Of a stretch of 33,225 bases of DNA, positions 14,327 through 21,936 are shown piece by piece. Every line of letters begins with the position of its first letter. Within the stretch, counting starts at the first letter, position 1. Source of the stretch: a virus; the IMG/VR virus record IMGVR_UViG_3300028558_000013, positions 1-33,225 of that record; one strand, given 5' to 3'. The notes beneath the pieces were generated by a model, which made no database searches, was not told the DNA's origin, and saw nothing but the letters and a program-made list of their open reading frames with translations. The position numbers and the translations under genes are program-made.

Positions 14327-15838
14327 ATGCCTGATACGAATCCTGCCGAGTCAATTCTTCAGTCCCCTGAACAGCAAGCCGCAGTTCTGGGTCATGCAAT
14401 TAAATCAAGTCACTGGTATGAGCAGTGTGAGATCTGGGGTGTCAAATCCAACTGGTACCGAGATCCCTTTGACGGAATCCTCTGGTCTAAGCTGACTGAG
14501 TTCGTCTCCAAGTTCCATCGTCACCCAACTTCGACCGAGTTGTTGACCGCTGCTAAAGCCCTGCAGACAGTCGAGGAAGCGAAGCGACTTGAGCAAAGGG
14601 TGTCTGTCGCCATGAAGTTCTCATCCGAGATCGGTCAAGACACCCTCGTCGAAGCGGTGAAAGACTGGTCGAAGGGTGAAGCAATCAAAGACGGGGTGAT
14701 GAGACAGCTACAACCCGTCTTCGGCCGTGGGGACATGGATCAGTCCGCTGAGATCGTCTCCAAGCTATCCACACGCCTGGATGCCATAGCTCGCGCCAGT
14801 TCAACGACAAACCGTTTTGAGAGTGCCAGTGCCCGTACGCAGAGAACTCGCGCCATACGCGAAGCTGGAGAGGCACAGACGCTGCCGTACGGCATCGCCT
14901 ATCTTGACGAAGCCCTTGGAGGCATCGGTAAAGCCGAAGTCGTGCTCATCGGAGCTACATCCGGTGCTGGCAAAACCGAAGTCCTAGCGAACATCGTCCG
15001 AGCTGTCTGCGAGTCCGGTAAGCGTGTCGCCTCATTCGTCCTGGAGGAATCTGAGGAACACATGGCTTTTGAGGATCGAATTAAATTCACTTACATGATC
15101 TCGAAGTATATCGACGATGGCAAAGACGCCTCTCTGATTCGTCGCGGACAGTGGTTCAAGGGCCAGCACCTGAAAGAAATGGGTCCTTACGAGGACCACG
15201 GTCAAGCCTGCGTCGAGGACAAGCTCAAAGGCCTGATCACTTTCTACCGTAGTCATGGGGACTTCACGATCGAAAACCTGGAACAGCAAATCATGAAGGT
15301 CGCCCCATACGTCGACTTGATCACCCTGGACCATATCTCGTACGTCGATCTCCCCCAAGACAAGGGAGCGTCTGAACACACCGAGCTTCGTAAGGTGGTC
15401 TCCAAGATCAACGACCTGACGCGAGAAATGAACGTCCCGATCGTGGTCGTCTCCCAGCTCCGAAAGGACCAAGGCGGGTTGAAGAATCAGACTCTGGTCC
15501 CGACTCAAGACGACCTGTATGGGTCGGCCCACCTGCGAAACGTGGCGTCCACGATTATCGTCTTCGCCAAGGCTCCGCCGGAGAGTCTGCCGCCCTACGA
15601 TGGGATGCTTCCTGGAGCGCCTACCTACGTCTCGATTCGGAAGAGTCGGCACGAGGGAACCGGTCATACATCTGTCTGTTTCTTCGATCGCCGAAAATAC
15701 CTCTACTTGAAGCCGTACGCGATCGGCTACCTGCAGGCGGAAAAGAAATGGATAGCGACTCCCACCGGGTCACGTCCTCGGTGGGCTACTAGTTCTGTAT
15801 GTAACTTCGGAACCGAAACCAAAAAGGAGAACAAATGA
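14327..15838 (+). CDS. DnaB-family replicative helicase (RecA-like ATPase C-domain)
   Basis: 503 aa. Motifs are YGIAYLDEALGGIGKAEVVLIGATSGAGKTE (Walker A), DLITLDHISY (Walker B) and VVVSQLRK. Confidence 0.75.
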   Translation: MPDTNPAESILQSPEQQAAVLGHAIKSSHWYEQCEIWGVKSNWYRDPFDGILWSKLTEFVSKFHRHPTSTELLTAAKALQTVEEAKRLEQRVSVAMKFSSEIGQDTLVEAVKDWSKGEAIKDGVMRQLQPVFGRGDMDQSAEIVSKLSTRLDAIARASSTTNRFESASARTQRTRAIREAGEAQTLPYGIAYLDEALGGIGKAEVVLIGATSGAGKTEVLANIVRAVCESGKRVASFVLEESEEHMAFEDRIKFTYMISKYIDDGKDASLIRRGQWFKGQHLKEMGPYEDHGQACVEDKLKGLITFYRSHGDFTIENLEQQIMKVAPYVDLITLDHISYVDLPQDKGASEHTELRKVVSKINDLTREMNVPIVVVSQLRKDQGGLKNQTLVPTQDDLYGSAHLRNVASTIIVFAKAPPESLPPYDGMLPGAPTYVSIRKSRHEGTGHTSVCFFDRRKYLYLKPYAIGYLQAEKKWIATPTGSRPRWATSSVCNFGTETKKENK

Positions 15839-16056
15839 AGTGCACCAACGACCACCTGACATGTCCCGTCCATGCGGCATGGAAGACCGCGAACAAACAA
15901 GAGGAAGCTACCCGAGAGGCGCTCTTATCTGAGACGGGCATCGACATTTACAAAGTGACTCCCGGCTCCGACACCGACTGTGAGACTCAACGGAGAGCAG
16001 TCGCCGCACGTACAAAGGCAGCGAGGCTAGCCGCGCAGTGTTGGTGCCACGAATAG
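15835..16056 (+). CDS. Hypothetical Cys-containing small protein
   Basis: ORF track, 73 aa. The ATGA overlap with the helicase stop suggests translational coupling. Confidence 0.55.
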   Translation: MKCTNDHLTCPVHAAWKTANKQEEATREALLSETGIDIYKVTPGSDTDCETQRRAVAARTKAARLAAQCWCHE

Positions 16057-16128
16057 TTCTTGAGCACGGAAGGCAATCTTGATCCCGACCCCTTTAACGC
16101 CCGAATGACCGATTAGAGAAAGTAGAAA

Positions 16129-16563
16129 ATGAGCAACATAGACACTATCGAAACACATGCCCCCAAGGAATTCGGAGGAATGGGAGGCGTTGTTGGTGGT
16201 CGCCCACGCGATCCTGACGATCTGTTTGAGGCCGCTCTTGATCGCGCGTGCGGTGAGAAAATGCGTTCCGACTGCGTGCCTGGCGCCCACCATGCCGGCA
16301 AGACGGCTGCGTCACAAGTGTGGGGCGCATTGGCAAACACAAAATGGAGTCACGTCAACGGTGATGCGGCTTGGTACTCGTTTCGTGCAGCTGGCGACAT
16401 GATCGCCGCAATCGTCGGCAACGGCACTGACTACATGGATTATTACTGTTCGGCGATGTACCCGAACGTCCCGGAGTGGATCGCGAAGGCAATGGAAACC
16501 GAAGGGTGGAGTCACTCACACGATGACACCGAGATCTGTTCTAGCTGCAAGAAGGCGCGATAA
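16129..16563 (+). CDS. Hypothetical protein
   Basis: ORF track, 144 aa. TAGAGAAAGTAGAAA lies upstream of the ATG. Confidence 0.6.
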   Translation: MSNIDTIETHAPKEFGGMGGVVGGRPRDPDDLFEAALDRACGEKMRSDCVPGAHHAGKTAASQVWGALANTKWSHVNGDAAWYSFRAAGDMIAAIVGNGTDYMDYYCSAMYPNVPEWIAKAMETEGWSHSHDDTEICSSCKKAR

Positions 16564-16937
16564 TGGGCGCCTCGGACATCTGCCCCGGACACTCTGACGG
16601 CGGCTGTCCCCCTTCAGCCAACCCGTTTCGGCGCCGAGATGTCGACGAACTAGTTGACGCAGTCGACTTGGACTCAAGCTGTATCTCCACCCGCGATGAG
16701 CTGGAGTCGATCGTAGCCGAAGCGTGGCAGACGGGCTTTAACCGCGCCTCTAACCCCTCCCCCGACCTTGGGGCGATCAGGGAGCTGCTGGAGGATGTGG
16801 TCATGCGAGGCAAGTTCGAACACTCGGTGTTAGCCAGCCCGCCGAGGTTCGCAGATTGCCACGAGCTTGAGAGGGCCGGTCACTGCATCCACGCCCGCGC
16901 TGCCCTGCTCTTGAAGGGGCTCGGGGAGGTGGGGTAG
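16563..16937 (+). CDS. Hypothetical protein
   Basis: ORF track, 124 aa. Its start overlaps the previous stop by 1 nt. Confidence 0.6.
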   Translation: MGASDICPGHSDGGCPPSANPFRRRDVDELVDAVDLDSSCISTRDELESIVAEAWQTGFNRASNPSPDLGAIRELLEDVVMRGKFEHSVLASPPRFADCHELERAGHCIHARAALLLKGLGEVG

Positions 16938-17147
16938 ATGGGCGAGGCAAAGCGACGGAGAGACGCTGAAATTAAAGCGGGAATCGAAAGTCTCATTGAG
17001 ACGATTCAAAAGGTACCGGCCAGCACGCCGGACGTATTCTATTTCTACGGTTATCGCTGGCCGCTGTCACCGGACGTGCCTGAGTGGGTGCACGAGAAAG
17101 CACGCGTGCTGTTGGAGCAGCTCGGGGTAGACAGGGAGGCGGAGTAG
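16938..17147 (+). CDS. Hypothetical protein
   Basis: ORF track, 69 aa. TAGATG junction. Confidence 0.55.
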   Translation: MGEAKRRRDAEIKAGIESLIETIQKVPASTPDVFYFYGYRWPLSPDVPEWVHEKARVLLEQLGVDREAE

Positions 17148-17354
17148 ATGGGCGACCTAGACACCGTCAGAGAAGGCTTTCGCCTAACCAAGACCGAAGG
17201 CAAAGAACCCAACTACTTCACGTTGCACTGTTCTTGTGGAGACGGTTTTATCTGGCGGACGGACGACAAGTCCAACCCATGGATCGACTGGGCTAACCGA
17301 CATGACGTGAAGCACGGTGAGGGGGCGGAGGTAAGGTCCAAAACGGACCAATAA
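17148..17354 (+). CDS. Hypothetical protein
   Basis: ORF track, 68 aa. The TAGATG junction is nearly identical to the previous one. Confidence 0.55.
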   Translation: MGDLDTVREGFRLTKTEGKEPNYFTLHCSCGDGFIWRTDDKSNPWIDWANRHDVKHGEGAEVRSKTDQ

Positions 17355-17411
17355 CGGTCAAAAGAAAGCCGTTTCAGGCATTTAGCAAACTGGCGATAAT
17401 CAGGAGATGCG

Positions 17412-17609
17412 TCACTTCCCACTGAGTATTTTTCGGGCCTTCTCTACCGCCGCCGACAGCATAAAAGCGCCGACTCCCATTTTGGCAGCGGGCAGATCCT
17501 CCAGCTGTTTGGCGATCGCTTTCTCTATGAGATCGCGGTCTTCCTGAGGCATGCGAATGAACACGCTGGCGCCGGTGCTCCTGTTTGGCGCTTTTTTCTG
17601 CATCTCCAA
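17412..17609 (-). CDS. Ribbon-helix-helix (CopG/Arc-like) DNA-binding protein; candidate lysogeny or immunity regulator
   Basis: 65 aa. ASVFIRMPQEDRDLIEKAIAKQL fits a beta strand followed by helix A of RHH proteins. It is the only minus-strand gene inside the rightward arm and is divergent from the lipoprotein gene. Confidence 0.55.
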   Translation of the reverse strand: MEMQKKAPNRSTGASVFIRMPQEDRDLIEKAIAKQLEDLPAAKMGVGAFMLSAAVEKARKILSGK

Positions 17610-17715
17610 ATCCTAGGAACTCCTGGGATATATGTCAAGTGGTACATGTGATCCAAAGATATTGGTGGATCGCCACAGATCGCTGAGGTAATCTTGGGGC
17701 TGGAGGTTACGAAAC

Positions 17716-18045
17716 ATGAAGACCATCACCACCCTGTCCCTGGTCGCCATCATCGCCGCTTTCGCCATCTGTCTGCTGGCCTGTGGCTGTGACCAGGCCC
17801 CGAGCACCATCCAGCCCGATGCCAGCCACGATTCGGCTCTGGTCAGCACCTGGTCAGTGGACGACGGGCAAGCAGGCAGCTGGGCCCTGAGCTTCGAGGC
17901 GGATGGGAGCTGCAGCTATGACAACCAGGGGTCGCCGTCGGCTTGCACCTGGACGACTGCGGATAGCGCTGTGACGATGGTGTTCAGCACCTTCACTGTG
18001 ACCGCTCCTTACGTCGTTGATGGTGACGTGCGGGCGACTGGATGA
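17716..18045 (+). CDS. Lipoprotein (moron or superinfection-exclusion candidate)
   Basis: 109 aa. Signal peptide MKTITTLSLVAIIAAFAICLLAC has an L-L-A-C lipobox. Confidence 0.7.
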   Translation: MKTITTLSLVAIIAAFAICLLACGCDQAPSTIQPDASHDSALVSTWSVDDGQAGSWALSFEADGSCSYDNQGSPSACTWTTADSAVTMVFSTFTVTAPYVVDGDVRATG

Positions 18046-18235
18046 GGGCGGTGGCGAAGTGAACCCGTCGGCTGAGACCGAGACGACTATTAATCAGCTG
18101 GAAGAGCTGCAGGAAGACGTAGCCTACCTACGGGCGATGTGTCTGATTCTTTCTGCGGCTCTGGCGAAGTCGGAAGCGGTGTTGGGTGAGGCAAGGGCGA
18201 CGATTGCCGAACTCGAACAAAATCATCGACGCTAA
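18017..18235 (+). CDS. Hypothetical coiled-coil protein (start uncertain; GTG at 18059 with GAGGG upstream is an alternative)
   Basis: ORF track, 72 aa. The track start overlaps the lipoprotein gene by 29 nt. Confidence 0.5.
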   Translation: MMVTCGRLDEGGGEVNPSAETETTINQLEELQEDVAYLRAMCLILSAALAKSEAVLGEARATIAELEQNHRR

Positions 18236-18253
18236 CGGTCCGAGAGTCGCGAT

Positions 18254-18266
18254 AGTTTCGCTACTA
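18254..18266 (+). promoter_or_regulatory. 13-mer AGTTTCGCTACTA, third copy
   Basis: Exact copy 62 nt upstream of the ATG at 18329. The leader GAAAGGTACGAACGATG matches 15 of 17 nt with 13146-13162. Confidence 0.5.
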
Positions 18267-18328
18267 CCTCTCTATCAGCTCCGAATTCATCGGAGCAACC
18301 TCAACCCCGATAGAGAAAGGTACGAACG

Positions 18329-19192
18329 ATGAAGACGTCCGATTTTCCCAAGGTTCGATTTGAGCTGATAACCCCAGCCGTTGCTCAGGAACTGCTTGAC
18401 GCAACTCCGCCCGGGACCAACTTTCGCAAGCTGTCAGAGAATGAAGCGAGGAAGTATGCCCGCTTCATGGCGGCAGGAACGTTTCGGTCACTGAACGGGC
18501 AGACGATTTCGATCGATAACGACGGCGCGATCGTCGACGGTCAACACCGGCTTCGTGCCATTGTTATTTCCGGGCAATCGTTGTGGATGTTGGTCGTTCG
18601 CGGGGTCGAGACATCTGACGCCGCTACCATCGATGTCGGCTATATTCGCCGATTGGTTCAGGTACTACAGGGCGAAGGTGTCAAGCACTACAATGTCGCC
18701 GCTGCCTTGGCGTACTGGAGTCAGTGGTATTTGACTGGTTCCCGTCCGGACCGACGGACCGATCTCCAGCAGCAGTTGAATTTCGTTCACAAGACGCCCT
18801 TCGTCGCGGAAGCATGTGGTCTGGGCGCGTATGTTGACCACGTAATTCCCGGGGCGCACGGTGCCTTGCTGTATCTTCTTGCGAAGAATGCAGGATGCGA
18901 GGGTCAAGCTCGCGAGTTCCTGACCTCGATCGCAACTGGCGCCAACCTTGGGCTGAATAGCCCCGCCTTCAGGCTTCGCAAGAAGATGCTGGGATTTGAG
19001 CACACCAAGGGCGCCAAGAAGACGATGGACGCCAGGGGGAAGCTCGCACTTCTGATCAAGTGCTGGAACCTTCACCGATTGGGACTACCTTGCCTCCGTC
19101 TCCATTGGCAGGATGGAGAGGCGTTCCCCGCTTTCGAGTTCGGACCTTCCTGCGAAGCTTCCGAAACGGCTCCAAAGTCGGTCAAGGCTTAA
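18329..19192 (+). CDS. ParB N-terminal domain (ParB/Srx-like) protein
   Basis: 287 aa. The motif IVDGQHRLRAIV is the ParB-like nuclease-domain signature. Confidence 0.65.
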   Translation: MKTSDFPKVRFELITPAVAQELLDATPPGTNFRKLSENEARKYARFMAAGTFRSLNGQTISIDNDGAIVDGQHRLRAIVISGQSLWMLVVRGVETSDAATIDVGYIRRLVQVLQGEGVKHYNVAAALAYWSQWYLTGSRPDRRTDLQQQLNFVHKTPFVAEACGLGAYVDHVIPGAHGALLYLLAKNAGCEGQAREFLTSIATGANLGLNSPAFRLRKKMLGFEHTKGAKKTMDARGKLALLIKCWNLHRLGLPCLRLHWQDGEAFPAFEFGPSCEASETAPKSVKA

Positions 19193-19195
19193 CCC

Positions 19196-19363
19196 ATGCT
19201 GCTCAAAGTCAAAGCAGCCGCCGAACTCCTGGGAGTGAACGTCAAGACGATCCACGCACTGATCGCCGATGGTCTCCCCCACTTCAAGGTGAGCCAGAGG
19301 ATCATCCGCATCGACCGAGATGTCTTGCTCTCTTGGGTCGAATCCAAGCGCAAGACGGCTTGA
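19196..19363 (+). CDS. xis: Excisionase-family HTH DNA-binding protein, 55 aa (not in ORF track)
   Basis: My translation is MLLKVKAAAELLGVNVKTIHALIADGLPHFKVSQRIIRIDRDVLLSWVESKRKTA. It shows the excisionase/MerR-type HTH pattern and lies immediately upstream of the integrase. Confidence 0.7.
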   Translation: MLLKVKAAAELLGVNVKTIHALIADGLPHFKVSQRIIRIDRDVLLSWVESKRKTA

Positions 19364-19397
19364 CGAGTGGCAAAAGAACCGATAGGCTCCTAGGACC

Positions 19398-20492
19398 ATG
19401 GGCGCTTACAAGCGGAAGTTCAAAGACACCTCCACTGGCTTGGTCACCGTCGAAGACCAGTGGAGGTATCGCAAGCTCGTGACCCTGCCCGACGGGCGTA
19501 AAGAGCGAGTGACAGGTACTCCAGCCATCAACACTAGAGCTGCAGCTGTCTCGGCTGAGAAAGCCCATGTTGACCGCGTCCTGGACCCGAAGAAAGCCGC
19601 GTCTGGTCTGACGTTCGCGTCGTACTGGTCTACTCGATGGTCTCCCGCATTCGGTAAGAAGGGCGCGAAGTCGACTATCGAGTCACGTAACGACATTTTC
19701 GAAAACCACCTGACAGCCGCTATCGGCTCCATTCAGCTCGGCGCCATCAACAAAGAACGGCTTGACCGCCTGGTTGCGACGCTGGAAGCCAAAGAGCTTA
19801 AGCCTCGTACCGTTCGCAACGTACTCAATGTGCTTCGCCGTGCCCTGCGAGATGCGTATGAGTGGGATTTGCTGCCTGCCCTGCCCCGCTTCCCCAAGAT
19901 CAAACCGCCACAGACCAGTTTCGACTACCTGACCCTTCCTGAGGTGGGGCTACTGCTTGCCGGTGCCCGCGATGCGCACGACCGCGCCCTACTCCATCTG
20001 GCTGCATGTACGGGTCTTCGAGCTGGAGAGATCCTTGCCCTCAAGTGGGGAGACATCGACGAAACCGCCTCTGTAGTGCGTGTGTCGCGGTCCAGGACGC
20101 GCGCAGCGACGAAGAGCACCAAGTCAGGTCGAGCACGGTCCATCCCGCTGACTGCGGACCTCCTACGCGATCTGAGAGCCCATGGAGGCGAAGACAGAGA
20201 GCGAGAGGGGCTAGTATTTCATCGTGGCGGGCAACCGATGCTCATCGGCCGATTCCAAGAGGCGCTCTGGCGCACGCTGAAGAACGCCAAGCTGCGTCGC
20301 ATCCGCTTCCACGACCTTCGTCATTCGTTCGCGTCGAACCTCATCTCTGCCGGCGTGCCCATCGTCCAGGTACAGCACTGGCTCGGACACAGCACCGTGA
20401 GCACGACCGAGATCTACGCGCACCTTGCCCCGCGGTCGGGTGACCAGCAGATCGAAGCTCTGGCCGGCATCAAGATGCTTACCGCCGCTTGA
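19398..20492 (+). CDS. int: Tyrosine recombinase (phage integrase)
   Basis: 364 aa. Motifs are AACTGLRAGEILALKWGDID (Arg box), RFHDLRHSFAS (H-x-x-R) and HWLGHSTVSTTEIYAHL (catalytic Tyr). Confidence 0.92.
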   Translation: MGAYKRKFKDTSTGLVTVEDQWRYRKLVTLPDGRKERVTGTPAINTRAAAVSAEKAHVDRVLDPKKAASGLTFASYWSTRWSPAFGKKGAKSTIESRNDIFENHLTAAIGSIQLGAINKERLDRLVATLEAKELKPRTVRNVLNVLRRALRDAYEWDLLPALPRFPKIKPPQTSFDYLTLPEVGLLLAGARDAHDRALLHLAACTGLRAGEILALKWGDIDETASVVRVSRSRTRAATKSTKSGRARSIPLTADLLRDLRAHGGEDREREGLVFHRGGQPMLIGRFQEALWRTLKNAKLRRIRFHDLRHSFASNLISAGVPIVQVQHWLGHSTVSTTEIYAHLAPRSGDQQIEALAGIKMLTAA

Positions 20493-20514
20493 GATGCGCC
20501 GCGTTGTGCAAAGG

Positions 20515-20742
20515 GGTGGCAAAGTGCGTTTCGGCTGCATGAAAATGCCTAGGAGCTGCGGTAAGATAGACTCCAAACAGTATCACTCTTCAAAACCGAT
20601 GGGGCGCCGCGAAAGCGTGCGCTCGGCGGGTTCGATTCCCGTGCGCTTCCGCTCTTTCGCATAGTTAGACGGCAAAGCAAGAGCCGTTCCAGACCATCAG
20701 AATCCAGTCAAGTCCATCTCGCGTGGCAAAATGGTGGCAAAA
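20515..20742. other. attP region: tRNA-derived core flanked by GTGGCAAA arm-type repeats
   Basis: GGTGGCAAA occurs at 20515-20523, GTGGCAAAA at 20723-20731 and GGTGGCAAAA at 20733-20742, all direct, bracketing the core at 20588-20651. The region starts 23 nt after the integrase stop. Confidence 0.55.
20588..20651 (+). tRNA. Partial tRNA gene (3' portion only, anticodon loop to discriminator), tRNA-Sec(UCA)-like; the attP core
   Basis: The anticodon loop CTTCAAA (TCA at 20590-20592) is followed by a long variable arm (an 8-bp stem with a GAAA tetraloop). The T-arm is GCGGG-TTCGATT-CCCGT. Then come the 8-nt acceptor strand GCGCTTCC and discriminator G, an 8/5 architecture. No matching 5' half lies upstream. 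Confidence 0.55.
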
Positions 20743-21030
20743 CGATCGACGAGAGGCGCCGGACCGGGATCGGAACGCGCCTGTGGATGAAGAGACGCAG
20801 TAGAGATACGGCTGGTCATGCAGTAGCTCGCTTACGCTCGCCCCGGATCATGCGGTAGGAGATGCAGCTTGAGAGACAGTTCACCTACGCCACTCCTACA
20901 GCCTGAGGGCCTAGCAGACAGCAGCTCAGGAGCTTGGGGAAGAGGGCATGACAGTTCGTGTGGACTGTCTCTGTGGTCGCATCCTTCACGTCAGTCGTAT
21001 CTTCGACATCGGGCTTAGGCAGAAGGTTGT

Positions 21031-21174
21031 TCACTTCGCCCCTCGTCTTGGGTCCAGCTTGGAGACACAGAGATAAATGGCGACGATGCCGACACTTAGT
21101 AGACCGAGTACCAGCCATGCGGGGATATTTGATGTACGTCCCTGCATTTGTTGAAGCACGATAAGTGCACCCAT
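21031..21174 (-). CDS. Small single-pass membrane protein, 47 aa (not in ORF track); last gene of the leftward arm
   Basis: The ATG at 21174 abuts the TAG of the upstream gene (TAGATG). Translation is MGALIVLQQMQGRTSNIPAWLVLGLLSVGIVAIYLCVSKLDPRRGAK. Confidence 0.45.
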   Translation of the reverse strand: MGALIVLQQMQGRTSNIPAWLVLGLLSVGIVAIYLCVSKLDPRRGAK

Positions 21175-21375
21175 CTACTTTGCCTCTTCTGTCTTCTTGT
21201 GGTCCTGGTCTGCGTAGACGTGACCAGCAATAAATGAGGCATAGAGACCGGTCAGAGCTGCGACGATAGACGTGATTTTGTCAGCGCGTATGACCAGTCC
21301 TGCAGTGAAGACCAGAAGGCTGGTGAAGACGAACCCTGTAGCCTTACGGGGGAGCTTCTTGAAGTCGATGGTCAT
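21175..21375 (-). CDS. Two-TM small membrane protein (holin-like)
   Basis: ORF track, 66 aa. Hydrophobic segments are GFVFTSLLVFTAGLVI and IVAALTGLYASFIAGHV, with a charged C-terminus. Confidence 0.6.
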   Translation of the reverse strand: MTIDFKKLPRKATGFVFTSLLVFTAGLVIRADKITSIVAALTGLYASFIAGHVYADQDHKKTEEAK

Positions 21376-21378
21376 GGA

Positions 21379-21936
21379 CTAGAAAGCCAGTCTGAGACTG
21401 AGTCCGAACATCCCATTGGTGTTGACTGTGATACCTGCGTAGAAATTCCCTAGAAGTCTGCGATCGATTTCAACACCAAAGACATTTGGTCTGACTGTCA
21501 GCTGGTGGATATCTTCTAACGCGAATAATCCCAGCTGGTAGTTCGGCTTGGATGCTGGGGTTGTAGTGGTCTTGGTCTCTTGGGTAGTGACTTCGTCTTT
21601 GCTGTTGGTGTCACTCACCTTGGTTACTTCCTTATCCTCTGTCTTGGATTCGTCCTGGGTGGTGGTCGTAGTAGTCACAGCTGTTTGACCATTCGGTTGG
21701 GGCAGCCACTGTGTGACTGTACGGGTTTGGATGTTGGTCTGTTGGTCGTGGACGATTCTGTCTTTGAACTGAATTACCTGTTTCTCAACAATTCGGTCCT
21801 GAGTCTTGGTGACTGTGACGGTCTTGACGCTGGGGTGGATATATCTGCCTGCTGTGAAGCTTCCTCCCAGTAGACACAGCAACACCACTCCAACTATCGC
21901 TAGCTTCTTTGGGGTGGCGATCAGGTTGAAGCTCAT
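21379..21936 (-). CDS. Envelope protein with an N-terminal signal or anchor, a Thr/Gln-rich linker and a C-terminal OMP-like beta signal
   Basis: ORF track, 185 aa. It has KKLAIVGVVLLCLLGG at the N-terminus and a TTTTTQDESKTEDKEV low-complexity middle. The C-terminus GMFGLSLRLAF has alternating hydrophobic residues and a terminal Phe. Confidence 0.6.
   Translation of the reverse strand: MSFNLIATPKKLAIVGVVLLCLLGGSFTAGRYIHPSVKTVTVTKTQDRIVEKQVIQFKDRIVHDQQTNIQTRTVTQWLPQPNGQTAVTTTTTTQDESKTEDKEVTKVSDTNSKDEVTTQETKTTTTPASKPNYQLGLFALEDIHQLTVRPNVFGVEIDRRLLGNFYAGITVNTNGMFGLSLRLAF

Noticed and set aside
20552-20651. Possibility of a complete, functional tRNA-Sec gene; GGAGCTGC at 20552-20559 can pair with 7 of 8 positions of the acceptor 3' strand
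   Set aside because: The intervening 28 nt (20560-20587) cannot form a D-arm. The 5' anticodon-stem strand (ATCACT) does not pair with ACCGAT. The spacing is also about 4 nt too long. Only the 3' portion is tRNA-like, as expected for an attP core.
20425-20664. 79-aa plus-strand ORF covering the end of int and the tRNA-like segment
   Set aside because: It reads through the integrase 3' end in another frame and through the attP core, so it is an artefact.
20885-21118. 77-aa minus-strand track ORF, and the 68-aa plus-strand ORF at 20958-21164
   Set aside because: Both overlap the 47-aa membrane ORF (21031-21174), which is coupled TAGATG to the upstream gene. Their translations are Cys/Arg-rich with no start context.
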